64,000 nucleotides of DNA from Yuukianura sp. NJ FZ-2021 (Eukaryota). Both the position numbers and the translations under genes were made by a program. The DNA is taken from the NCBI GenBank assembly GCA_046563655.1, contig CM102287.1, positions 6,076,001-6,140,000 on the forward strand, written 5' to 3'. The notes below the pieces were generated by a model. The model saw nothing but the letters and a program-made list of their open reading frames with translations, did no database searches and had not been told where the DNA came from. Every line of letters begins with the position of its first letter. The first letter of the stretch is position 1. Below, one piece after another: positions 13,114 to 25,400 of this stretch.

Positions 13114-13512
13114 CGATATTTGCGAAGTTTTTAGAAATAAGAATAAAGTGAGTCATCGAAAAAGCCCCATAAGCCGTTGCAGAGTTAAAGCCCCACCCAC
13201 CTACCCATCCCCTTAATAGACTTTTTTTTTCGCTAGAAAGCAATCATAAAACTTTACTGGATCTTTTAAAAACTTTTTTAGTTCTTTTCTTCACATTATT
13301 TCAAGTTTTAAATTATGGGTTATTTAAGTTATTAGAGTTCAAAACACAAGTTTCCACTTCCAGCTCATGCAGTTTGCGGGTTTCAATATCTACGGCTGTC
13401 TCTACTTGAAAATTTCTTGTGCAGGTTTAGTAGTATCAGCGTTTTGTTTGTGTCCTTGTAAAAGAAAATTCTCTTTTTAAAGTTTTTTTTTTTAAAACGT
13501 TGAGAACGGAAG

Positions 13513-15021
13513 ATGCGTTTTCATTTTTGGTACAAGTGTATGTTGTGGCTGGGGTTTTTGAGTGGATCGCTTTTACTGAAGCATCCAAATAGAATTCCTG
13601 TCGTATCTTGGCTATCGCCGCAAACAGGCTATGCCGCGCTGATTTTCATAGGTCAACTCTCCATTGCAGTACTGGTGAACTTCCGTAGCAGCGCATTCTC
13701 ACCTGACTTCGACTCTAGTGACAGTACAAACTTAGGTTCCAAGGCTGTTGCTCCTGCTAAAGACCTTCGAGCTGTTGTAAAACAGGCTTTTGGTATACTT
13801 TTATTACTTTTGGTCATCACGGGTCGTGTCTACGTTTTCGCACGCGGAAAACGCATAGCGAATTTCTTGGCTCGACTTCAACTGCACAAATATGGCGGAA
13901 GTCGAGTACGAAGCTATGAAAATCTCTGTGCAGCCTTAAACTGGCCGTGCTCAATCGGAGCGTCTCTGCCACTATTGTTTATCGCAGTTGCTCTTGTTCT
14001 GGTGCAAGACCAAGTCACTTCTCACAAATTTCCTGAGCTGCCCGCAGCCATTCTTTGGATTTTCAAAATTTTGTTTCGAGCACTTAGAGCTGCGAATTGG
14101 ATGTCGCTTTTTGTAGTCTCTTCACTCATCATCACAAGCTCGATTCAAATGTTGTACATTTTTCAAGACTTTTGTGATGGCTTGGAGGATGAACTCAGCG
14201 CAAAAATGAGTTCATTTTTGAAAGAGGATGACGGGCATGAAAAGCATAAACTGGAAACGGCACATGCGCCCTCCGTTGTGAAAAATAACGACATGGCTGA
14301 AAAACTAGCCGAAGTCAAAGCAATCTGTGACGAGTACAACGTGATCTTTGGTCCTGTTTACCTTCTGACTATGTTCACAAGTTTCTTAGGCTTGCTGGGA
14401 AACATCAACGAGTACATCGTTGAGGACAGGTCAGAAGGTGACATGCTTGTTGGAGCTTTTCGTCTGGTCCTAGATGCTTCATATGTTCTGTACTTGGAAA
14501 TGGGTCAGCGCATGCACTCCGAGGTACGAACACTAAATTGATTGGTTGAAGTACGACGGAATTGTCTCGGTTGTAACCACAATATTCATTACTCTAATTT
14601 ACTCGGAAAAATACTTACACCTATATATTTTTTTACAGTGATGTTTGTATATCTTTTGCTAGATGGCGCAGAGAAAAGCGTCAGTATGGAAAACTCTTAC
14701 GTTATACGCCAGCGCGCATGAGCGAAATGGATTAGTTGCCAAAAATTTGCTGGCGTGGGATTGGAGAGTTACGGCTTGCGATTACTTCACAGTGGATCGA
14801 TCATGTGTCTCAGGGGTGAATGGATTCTTTGTCTTTATATTTATTAATTAATAGATTTCTGTACTTTTCCTAAACCTTGTTTTTAAAAACCATTCCAACA
14901 TGTTTATTACATTTTTAAATAGATTTTGATGTCGCTTGCCTCATACAGTATTCTCTTAATTCAAATTAATGGTCCACAAACACCCATCAACGAAACTGGA
15001 ACGAACATCACGCTATCATAA
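13513..15021 (+). CDS. Gustatory receptor, pair copy 2 (recent tandem duplicate)
   Basis: Exons 13513-14523, 14663-14815 and 14923-15021; closely paralogous to 10180-11689, introns included. Confidence 0.85.
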
Positions 15022-15818
15022 TTTCATAATGGGAATATTTTCTCAATATGACACAGTCAGGTCAAGCCAGAATTCATAAACTGTAAGGATGAGTAAATGC
15101 AAACGGTAAGGAGAAATGTCACGCTGATTTGCCTTTGGCCTTCTTCATTTCGCCTGTTCAAATTCAAATACAAAAATATTTAAATTAATTACAGCAAATA
15201 ATTAATAGAGATAATTTCAGTAATTTCTTTTAAAAAAAAAACTTTCATTTTTAAATTCCAGCCAACTTCAAAAGTTCCACTTCTCCAGCCTTCGCTTATG
15301 TGAGGGCTAATTTAGTAATCGGTAATCGCTACGTTTCATTGAATCCATACTACTATTAAACAGCGTAACATTTTACTTATCCGAAAATTTCTTGCGGTTT
15401 TTTTCGGAAAATGCAACCGGACCAGCGTCGGTTCGAGATCAAAAGTCTTTCTTAACTAGAACAGAGCAAAGGTTAAGGAACTTGAGGAAATAATTTATTG
15501 ATTTTTAGGTTATAATTTAGTTTACTGTTACGTTAGGCTTGTTTGCTGGAATTAAATTAGCGGAAAGTTGAAAGTGTTTTATTCAATCAAACCTGAAAAG
15601 TCCATCCCGCTAATGAGTTCGGTCAGTATCAAATTACCTTTGTTGTTCGAGAATTTTGAACTCTTTTAATTGGTCAAAACCACAATTTCAATTTAGGAAA
15701 CTAGGAAACGTTTAACTAATAAATTTTAAGGGAACTTTTAAGTAAAAGCGGAGCACAAACGCATTCGTCTTTGGCTGTTTCAGAGTTCTCCTGGACATAT
15801 CTTGAATTTAAAACTAAA

Positions 15819-17183
15819 ATGAACACAACCGCTAAAGTTTTTGAAATTTTTGAAAACGTTTTGTCAGTCATAAATGAGACTAAAGGAGATTTGTCAACTG
15901 AATTTGAAGTAATTGATATATTTGAATATTTTATTGAAGGAATCGCTACTTTATTAGTATCAATTCTCGCAATTTGTGGAAACATTGCTTGTATCTCCGT
16001 GTTAAGTCGGCCTACTATGCGATCCGCTTTTCACAAAATTTTGCAAATTTTGTGCTGCTGTGATTTGATCAAGGTCAAGCAAGCATTGCTCATGTGGGGT
16101 ATACATAGAGTGCTTCAATGGCACGACGTTTTTTATGGCTACACGCACTGGTTTCGACCGCTCGGTACTCCCATCATGTTTCCAATTGGAACAGTCGGTA
16201 ATCTTTTAAAATTTTGAAAATAGAAAAGCATAATTTTCTCTTCGACAAGGGTTTTTTTAAATGCGAATTTTTGTAGCCCAAATGGCTTCAACACATCTTA
16301 CTGTCCTTGTAAGTTTCGAGCGATTTCTGGCAGTTCGTAAACCGCTCGAGGCGAGAGGCTCGTTATCGAGGAAACAAGCACAAAAATTTTGTTTCATCAT
16401 CATTTTCATTAGCTTCTGCTACAATTTTCCAATGTTTTTTGAGTTACGATCTGACCCAGTTTATGTCAACGGAGAAGTTGTCGGATACAAGCTAGAAGAC
16501 ACTGAATTAGCAACAAACGCCTCATACCACTTCTACGTAATTCCATAGTATAAAAATAATGATATACAATAATAATGCATTTAACATGTTTTCTTAATGT
16601 AATTTATGCAGTACGTCAACTTGGGATCGTTTCTGCTCATGCGCTTCATTCCCTTCTGGGCTTTGTTGATTCTCAACGTTTCCACGTACAGACAAGTAGC
16701 TAAATATTTCTTTTCATTTCGTTTTTACTTTCCTTTTACTTCAATACAAATTTTTATAATTTAGAACAATTATATTATAATATAAAAATGTTTCAGATCT
16801 GCAAGTCTCAAGTTGCCCGCAGGTCACTTACCCCAGAGAGTCGTCAGATCAACATTGATTGGTCCATCGCCCGGATTTTGTTCGGAATTGTTATAATGTT
16901 CGTTATATGCAACATCCCCACAATTCTGCTACACATGAGCACTGCTTTTCGAACTGCCACGTCAGAATTGGACATGAGCACTGCTGTTGAAACTCATCCT
17001 ACGTCGGAACTGCTTAGGACCATTTCAAATTTTATGATTCTTCTAAATGCGGCGCCAAATTTTCTGTTCTATTGCGTCCTTAGTAAAAGTTTTAGACAAG
17101 AACTGGTGATGTGTTTGCAGAGGAAGAAACGCAGAAATTCGTCCGTTGTCGCTTCTGAGCTTGGCTATCTTCGTAACGCATAA
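15819..17183 (+). CDS. Rhodopsin-like peptide GPCR, FMRFamide-receptor-like
   Basis: Exons ~15819-16197, 16277-16536, 16612-16695 and 16797-17183. GN in TM1, SFERFLAV (DRY-equivalent), YNFPMFFE, FVICNIP, NAAPNFLFYC...SKSFR. Confidence 0.85.
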
Positions 17184-17328
17184 AATCTTTTTACACCAAA
17201 TTTTTCAAAAATAAATTCTCTTATCTTTTTCTTTTTTTGGCAAATTGTTGAATTAAAATAGCATTTATTTGAACATCTTAACTTATGTCTTAATTCAAAA
17301 AACTCTCTAAGCTGCATGTGTTCCTTCT

Positions 17329-18981
17329 CTAAGAAATTTCGTTAAAGTATGGGTCGGTGACGGAGTGTTCATACAGGAAAAACTGCTTCCCCATTAGCAT
17401 ATGCGCAGTAAGGTGACAATGGACCATCCACACACCAGGATTGTCTGCCACAAAGCGGATTGCCACCCACCCACATGCCGTTCCTGTCACGTTGCTCTGC
17501 GACTGCGCTTGGCTGGGGAAAAGCGTCACGACATCTCTGAATTGATTCTGATTTCGTTGCACGTTGTCTTCAATAATAGGCTTAGCTTTGACAGGGTCAT
17601 AGTCATCCGGACCTTGACCAACGACATGAAAGGCATGTCCATGCATATGCCACGGATGCTGCTCACATTCTCCATCGTCACTCATGGAATTTACAAAAAC
17701 AATTTGCACAGAATCTCCAAGTATAATTTCGTAGAGGTGTTGGTCCTGTCCTAGTGTTCGGAAGTCCAGTCCATGTCGCAGTTGGTGGAGCAGAGGCGGG
17801 TGGAATTCTTTAAAAATACGACCATTAATGTCAAATTGCGTCCGTCCTGCGATGTTAACTTGGTGCGACTTGATCACAAATTCTTTCGTTACAGAAGTCG
17901 GCACAGGGTAGACGTCTGAGTGCTTCTGGGTTTGACTCGGGTGGAGTTTATCCAGGATCCATTCTGTCAGCTCCACTTCTGCCGTGGGTTCTCGGATAGT
18001 TTCGGTTCTCATGGCAACTGGATCAGGAGCTCCTTCGTAATGTAGAATCGCTCGTCCGTTTCCTGGTCCCGGTCCGGGTATCATTTGGGACCGAATCCAG
18101 TAGTTCCCAACAGGTTGATCCATTTTTACCAAGACAGAGTAGCGTTGAGCGGCATTGATTTCTAAGTGATCAGTTGTTACTGGAGTTGTGAGAATCGAAT
18201 CCATTTCAATGACTGTTAGGTGCGTGTGATTGTCCACTGACCAACTGAGCATCGTGTCAACTGCTAATGAAATGACACGAAATCTGTACGTCTTTCCTTT
18301 TTTGACGTTAATCACTACGTAACCTCCGGCTTTTTCATCTGAAGAGTTCCAATCACCATGGGAACGTCCATTAATAAGAATACTGTCAGTATCTGGGACG
18401 TCTTGGAACGGGTTGCCAAGAATGCCCGCAGCGATTTCAGAAATTGGCACATGCCAGCACTGGGATAGGATGATAGTTTCTTCGTAGTCGTAGCTGTAAG
18501 CACCGCGCAGACGCTGCTGCTCCTCTACAACTAGTGCCCCCATGGCCCAGTTCTGGTCAAGCCCAGTGTGAGCGTGGTACATGAACGTACCACTCTGCGG
18601 TCCAATTTCCATAGAGTAAGTGTAACTTCCATTTGGCGGGATTTCATACTGCGTGATGCCAGGGACACCGTCGGAGGCCACTGTGCCCTTCTGGAAAATT
18701 CCGTGGAAGTGAATGGTCAAACCACTAGGCAGCAAATTTTTCACTTTGACGCGCAGCAACTCTCGTTGGCGCAGACGCAGAGTGGGGCCAGGAAATTGTC
18801 CGTTGACTAAGATTCCATCCTGCGGAAATCCATCCGGAGCGATGCGTCCATGTTGAAACACGAGATTGAAAGTGTGTGAGTTGTGCGTTTGATGAAACTG
18901 GGAATCGTTGACAACTGACGTAAAAATTGCCGAATTGAGCAATTGGAAGAAAAGGATGAGGAGGTACATGTTGGTATACAT
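17329..18981 (-). CDS. Intronless secreted multicopper oxidase (laccase / L-ascorbate oxidase-like), 550 aa
   Basis: All four Cu-binding motifs (HFHG, YHAH, HPWHMHGH, HCHLTAH); hydrophobic N-terminus; NGQFPGP, SDGVPGITQ and ADNPGVW signatures; single uninterrupted ORF. Confidence 0.95.
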   Translation of the reverse strand: MYTNMYLLILFFQLLNSAIFTSVVNDSQFHQTHNSHTFNLVFQHGRIAPDGFPQDGILVNGQFPGPTLRLRQRELLRVKVKNLLPSGLTIHFHGIFQKGTVASDGVPGITQYEIPPNGSYTYSMEIGPQSGTFMYHAHTGLDQNWAMGALVVEEQQRLRGAYSYDYEETIILSQCWHVPISEIAAGILGNPFQDVPDTDSILINGRSHGDWNSSDEKAGGYVVINVKKGKTYRFRVISLAVDTMLSWSVDNHTHLTVIEMDSILTTPVTTDHLEINAAQRYSVLVKMDQPVGNYWIRSQMIPGPGPGNGRAILHYEGAPDPVAMRTETIREPTAEVELTEWILDKLHPSQTQKHSDVYPVPTSVTKEFVIKSHQVNIAGRTQFDINGRIFKEFHPPLLHQLRHGLDFRTLGQDQHLYEIILGDSVQIVFVNSMSDDGECEQHPWHMHGHAFHVVGQGPDDYDPVKAKPIIEDNVQRNQNQFRDVVTLFPSQAQSQSNVTGTACGWVAIRFVADNPGVWMVHCHLTAHMLMGKQFFLYEHSVTDPYFNEIS

Positions 18982-19856
18982 ACTGACAGAACAATTCTAA
19001 AGTAACTTTTGTTGTGAGTTTTGCTTTCCTGTCCATGCATAATTAAATGTCGTTACTGAAAGTGAGTGTGGGTAGACTCTTAAAAAGTGAAGAGGCTGCA
19101 GTGGATTTACATAAAGTGAACGCGGTGACCTTCTAAACATGCAAAAGCAAATATGCGTCGGATGTTCAGCGTTGTGGAAAGAAACAGATTTTGAATGAAG
19201 AACAAAAAAATTGAACAAAAAAATTTAAACATAAAAAAAAGACACAAATAAAATCTTGTGACAAAAAAACTCTGATTTTGGAACGAAAGAAGCCAAGAAG
19301 AAGTTCCGAATTTGACTATAAATTGACATTTCAAAGGAAGTTCGTAAGAAAATTTGGTGACACGGACACACAGACATTAGTTGACGAGTTTCTAGTAAAT
19401 AGCTGTGTTTAGTTCTGAACTAGGAGTTCCAAGGAGTCTAATTTGGCATGCTCTTTGCAAGGTTATCTTGGTTATAGTGCATAAACGGTTTGCTTGTGGC
19501 GTCACTGGTACACAAAAACTGTTCTGGGAAGCGGCGTGAATGATTTTTAAATTGAATGAAGCATTGTCCTAATGTACTGTGTACTCCAGAATTTCCATAC
19601 GTAAGCATTGCTAAACTGCTGGAGGATCTGCTTCTGATACTGGCAACTTCTTGGGAATACTAATTTGCAACAAAAGTCAGAACTATTTAATATAAAACCT
19701 CAACAAAATTCTACAAAAGTAGAAAGTCCGGTAGAAAATCTGTGATGAAAAAAGACTGTTTTTAAACTTAAATTAATTTCAGAATTTATTAAAACTTGAC
19801 TCTTAATTTTGAAAAAATTATTACATTGTTGATTCTGCCAATGGAGAAATCTTGAT

Positions 19857-20154
19857 TTATTTCCAGCCCCATCCGCCGTTCCAACCGCCCCACCCACCGC
19901 CACCTCGTCCCCACCCTCCACCCCATCTTCCACCGTATCCACCGTTTCCCCATAATCCACCGCCCCACCCTCCACCTCCCCACCCTCCATCGCTCCAGCC
20001 TCCATAGTCAGAATGAGCACATCCAATCAGCGCTAACAGAACAACTGCAACGGCTAACTAAAAGTATTGAGAACATGGTCAATTGCAACCAGTGTTTAAC
20101 CTAGAAGATCATGGAGAAATATAATCAATCACTTACGATTCCTTGGAGTTGCAT
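19857..20154 (-). CDS. Small secreted Gly/Trp-rich peptide (72 aa), candidate antimicrobial or structural peptide
   Basis: Exon 1 20154-20137 (MQLQGI, then GTAAGT donor). Exon 2 20057-19857 follows a TTTTAG acceptor and reads LAVAVVLLALIGCAHS-DYGGWSDGGWGGGGWGGGLWGNGGYGGRWGGGWGRGGGGWGGWNGGWGWK*. Confidence 0.8.
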
Positions 20155-20658
20155 CTTCGTATGCATCTCTTTATCTTACCAAAGTCAAAGTCCAAGCTAC
20201 TAATTCTTTGAAAGAAAAAACGTAACCAAAATTGTGGTTTTTGAATTAGGCAGGTCTTGCACAATCTTATGGAGCTCCGAAATACAGACTGTTTAAAATC
20301 AGCAGTGAACTTGAAAGTTTTAAAATCTTTTTGGAATACAGTGTATTCCAGTTTAAGCAGCAAATAATAATATGGTCCATTTTTCCTGGAAAATGCCATT
20401 TAGCTCCACTTACCACAACAATTATTCTGCAATAATTCATAGCTTAATAGCACTCGAACTACTTTTGAAAATTTTTAGAACAAATTAATTAGCATAATAT
20501 TTATATTTAAGTTCAGAACGCAATAATATCAGAGGAAAATTATATGTACTTTACTTCACAAAACTACTGACATAAATACCAAATAATTCTAAACTTCTTG
20601 TTAATACTTAAAATTCTTGGAATTCTAAACTGGAATTGCTGGATTTATTAACTTCGTT

Positions 20659-22212
20659 TCAAATTAATCCATATTCAACAAACTCCTGAGTAATCTCCAA
20701 TAACCTTTTCTTTGCCGCTGGACTCCGTTGCATCCATTTCCTGGAAATTTTGAATCGTATAAGTGAAAATCTTTTTCAATTTAATTTCAAAATTCGTATT
20801 TATTTTTATTTTACCGAAATTTGGCATGAAGCGCAGCAAAAATCATGTCCCAATCGGGCATTCCTTCTGGATCTGGACGCTCTGGAAGTGGCTCCTCAAC
20901 TTCTCCATCAAGCGGAGTAAAAATTCCAAGTTGAAATGGAATTGCAAAATACATGTAGACGTAACCAGGCAAGAAACAATTCCACATTTCTTCAATGAAG
21001 TAACCGCGTGTAAAGTTGGTTGGAATAGAACAGTTTACACTTTTCAGTGTTTCAGAAAAAGAAACGTAGTAGGTTTCGAGCCATTGGCTTAAGAATTTTT
21101 TACGATCTTCAGGAGTGGTGCTTGTTAGGAAAAAATATTGTAGATCTTCATAAATATTTCCCTGTATGACAACACAAATGTTAATTTCCAACTTAATTTT
21201 AACTTTTGTTAATTTTTTAACCAAGCTAACTTCAATTCATACCCTTCGAGCTTGTTGGAAGTCTAAAAACATCAGTTCTGATGGTTTCCCGTCGACGTAT
21301 TTGAACAAAATGTTGTTTGTCCACAAATCTCCATGTACAATGCACCGAAAATATTTCGAATCCGTTTTCATTGTTGTCGATTTCCAAATTTTTCCAGCAC
21401 TTTCCGCATCTCCTAGAGCCAATCGAACTTTTTCAGCCAACTTAGGATCTTGTTCTGCAACAAACTCTAATACAACGGTTGTAGCGCCCCCTATCAACTT
21501 TGTACAAGTTTCCCAATCCACAGTGTCTTTTGTCCATAAATTGGAGCCTAAATATCCAATGTCGCCTTCTCCTTCAAAGTACTTTTCTCCCTCGTATTGA
21601 AGAAGGCAGTAAGTAAGTGCATGGAATCTTGCCAGTTCTTTCAAGACCAAAGTCGTTTCCAAGTGACCCAATCCAACATGCTTGTCCAGCATTTTGAATC
21701 CCGCCGGTCGTACGTCTTCCAGACACAAGAAATCGTTCACATCATCATTGTGGGCGGCAATAAATCTTGGAATTGGCAGATTTGGTGGTTGACCTCTTTT
21801 GACTAACAATTTTTGTAAAGACGGAACGATAAATCTAAGCAGAATAAAAATTCAAAAAAACTTCCATAAGTATACTATCAAAAATTTTAAATTCGGCCAC
21901 TCTGTAGAGAAATAGAGCCTAACAAAAACTATTTTCTTTTTAAATTCTGTACCTGTACACGGAGGTTTCAATTCTAAAGACTTTGTTAGCCACAACATAG
22001 CCCAACTGATCTGGATCGTCCGGAAATGTTTTGAAAACGAGATGAACAACGCGACCTTTGTCAGTTGTGACAATAAGGCTAACAACTTCCCCTGCGACGT
22101 TGTCACCAGCATTTGAGCCTTGACCGACCTTAAATTGTGCAATTGGCTCTTGCAGCAATTGTTTTTCGATAGACTCTTTTGTAAATTCAAAAGGTTTTCT
22201 TATTACTTCCAT
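20659..22212 (-). CDS. Ecdysteroid kinase-like (EcKL / CHK-domain) protein 1
   Basis: Four exons (22212-21953, ~21834-21243, ~21163-20815, 20740-20659). Motifs GDNVAG, LCLEDV, ELARFHA, HGDLWTNNILF, FLDFQ. Confidence 0.9.
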
Positions 22213-23770
22213 TTTGAAATTAAGACCTTAAGTGCCTGAAGCCTGAGAGTACCACTAGCCAAATAAACTCAGTTTTTGGATGCCTGAATGAACTATATGT
22301 ACTGTAGTACTAACGATAACCATAATCAATGAAGATTTTTCTTGTTAGTTAATGGCTTGTAAGGCATTAGGTGAAGACAGTCCATTATCGGAAAACAATT
22401 GACTTTTAGTGAAGTGTTGATCCTTGAACTCCAGTTATCAGCTAGTTCAAATAAGTTTCAGGTTTCTCTGATATTCTTACAAGTGAAAAAAGAAGCCAAA
22501 TTCTTGTACGATTTTGCTTTTCGATTTTTTATGTAAACATTTTATGTATACAGTTTATGAAATACTGTATTTTCACAATGGATTTGCGATTGGTCATGAA
22601 ATAGGAACGTCAACTTTTGGCATTTGTATGCATAATTAGATCGTAATTTCATTCATCTCAATGTCTCTTCCTATTGCTAAAACAAATTATTTCAATATTG
22701 CATCATGAAACAATTTTAAACCTAACAAAGAGATTTTGTAGGTAAGCAAATATTTTGCATATCTGATTGCAGTAGAGTATGAGGGGGGTAAAGTTTGCAA
22801 AATCCAAAAAAAAAAAGTTCTCTTACCGAATTGCTCCTATTTTTATTCATTCTGAAAATATTTTACAGATTATGTTCAACAACCAATTTTGACAGTACCG
22901 GTCTCTTGATGATTTTTGCAACCGAATTTTCTGGATTTAAGGACGGCTTATTGTTGACTAATTTACACCAATCGTTTCCGTTAACAACTGCAAAATTGGT
23001 TTTTGTTTGACACCAGAAGTCGGCATATTTGTTCGTTTTCACTCAAATCTTAATTATTTATTCCCCGCGTTTTCACCGCGGGGATTCGTTGTGTCTTTCG
23101 TGCAAACATATAAACAATTGCAGATGTCTTGGTAATTTGCGTCGATTCGCAGTCAAACTTCGAGAATTTTCGGTCAGTTTGTAAAATGAGTGCCAGAGCA
23201 CGCTAGGATGGACATAGAAAGACGATTAATGGTATCAAAATTTGTGAAAAGCGATTGCGGAATTTTCAACGGTCTCAAAACTTAGAAATTCCCACGTTGA
23301 AAAAACAACGATTGTTCGCGACTACTTTTCTTAGATCGGCTATAACTTTTAAACGGATTAAGATATTTTAAATCCGAAACGGCTGAAAACCCCGCCACGC
23401 CCTTTCGCAAATTTTGATGCCTTACTTCACGTTCTACATTGATCCTACCATTTTTAACTGATTTTAGAAAATGGTCAATTTTCAGTAGTTATCAGACCTC
23501 TTCGTTGCCGAGCTAACATGACCTTAACCAGACAAGAAAATATCTCAAGTTACTTTCATAATTTTTAAATGCAAGACACGCTGTTAATAATAACAGCGGC
23601 GGTTATCCCCTCATGACGAATCAAATGCTGAAATCGAAGCAGCGGTATAAATGTGGAGCATCAACATCAGTCGGATTTGGTGATCTGCGATCTTGGAGAA
23701 GTTCTGGAAGAACTAAACTTCTGCAATCTGAACGTTAACTTTCTGTAACATTTTTTGTTCGATAGCAAAC

Positions 23771-24967
23771 ATGAGAGTCAGTGACCTGGTGCAGAGGTTG
23801 TTCATCAGTTGTCTAGTGACTTCGGCTTTGTTAAATAGTGTCACATCGTTCAATTTATTTGACTTTGGATTCGGAGATGACGATTCGGGTAAGCGCATGA
23901 CCGGTTTGCCTTTTGATTCAACACTCAATTCAGCCATGCATTAAGAATATCCCTAAGTTTAATTTGAGCTTGAGTCGGCTTTTACCTAATGTCTCAAATT
24001 GTTATAGTGGATGAAGGAGAGTCAGCTTCTGTCGCTGCAACCAAAAGTGGCTCGTTTAGTGTCGATGGGCCACTCGGAAGCATAAGTGAGATCAAAATAA
24101 TAAAACTACGGTTATCAAAATTAAATTCACAATGAAACAACTTTCCTGGAGGATTTGAGAATGTAGGGTATCATCGTAATCTTTGACTTTCTTAATCTTT
24201 TTAATGCGTTCCTAGGTGCTGGCGGATCAGTTGGTGAAGCAGGATCTGTATCCGTTGGAGATGAATCCGGGCAACAGTTCCAAAATGGCGGTGATCACAA
24301 CGAATTTATGGGAAATTCAGATGGTGGGGCGTTTACCGGAGCAGGAGCGGGACCAAATGGTGCTGAAGGATTTGCCGGCGCAGGACCGAACGGTGCTCAA
24401 GAATTTTCTGGTGCAGGGCCAAATGGTGCAGGGGGCTTTGCCGGAATTGGTAGAGGTCAAGGTCAACAGTTTCATCAACAACATATGCAGGGACAGCCTG
24501 TACAGGGCCAGTACTATGGAGGCTCACCAGCCCCACCATCACAGTTTCGTCATCAATCACAACAAGGCTTTGAGCCAACAAGGTCACAAAAAGAATTCCA
24601 CCAGGCGCCTTCTACACAGCAATACAAAGGTTATGCCTCCGCGTCACCAGGGCAGGCCTACAACGGTTATGGCTCTCCTTCTACTCAGTCGTACAACGGC
24701 TATCCTCCTGCCTCACCAGCACAGTCGTACAACACTTATGCTCCTTCGTCACACGCGCAGTTGTACAACAGTTATGGCTCTCAATCCCAAACGTATCGGT
24801 CACCGCAAAACCCACCGAGAAACCCAACGCCCTATAGTACCAACAAACTGCCGTATCAAGACGCTACTCAGCAAAAGTATGATTACCAATCTTATTCGCA
24901 GCAGAAGCCAAGCAACAATCAGCATCCTTCACAAGGTTGTCGACCTCAACCTCAACGTCACTGTTAG
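23771..24967 (+). CDS. Secreted low-complexity Gly/Gln/Ser/Tyr/Pro-rich protein (structural, cuticle or glue-like)
   Basis: Exons 23771-23888, 24008-24085 and 24216-24967 join in phase 1. Hydrophobic N-terminus, GAGPNGA repeats, then QxYNGY repeats; TATAAA at 23646. Confidence 0.7.
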
Positions 24968-25400
24968 TCTTCTAGTTATTAAGTATCCGCAAAATTTAAT
25001 TAACTTATTAGCATAACTCATTATGAGCAATGTTAGTTTTCAGTCTCATATTTTCGAAAATTTTATTTCAAATTCAAATTTTTTGCAAAGTAAAGATTTC
25101 TATCATTTCTCTGTTGAAATTGCTGTCAGGTCAGTTGGCAATTACAGTTTTATTCTACTCATTTTTACATCTACCAGATATATCTGGTGTACCATAAGTC
25201 CGTTGGATGTTTCTCTGCACTAAACTCATAATAAGCTCCAAAAACTCTACAGCAGTGGTAGATGAGAGATGAGATGGACTTATAGTACACCTGATACAAT
25301 ATTTGCATTGCGAATTTAACTTGCGAAAAAATTGGTTGAACTTTTTTTTTCAATCCATTTACAAATTGAGGAAATAGTCAGGCTTCTTTATAATTCTATC

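Noticed and set aside
19700..20026. ORF-track 108-aa and 64-aa minus-strand ORFs
   Set aside because: Alternative frames of the GGW peptide exon; the third frame has the signal peptide and proper splice sites.
22780..23560. Possible decayed DNA transposon fragments
   Set aside because: No terminal repeats, TSD or transposase motifs could be identified by eye.
24216..25016. 266-aa ORF overlapping the Gly/Gln-rich gene
   Set aside because: Shadow frame; splice phase supports the frame ending at 24967.
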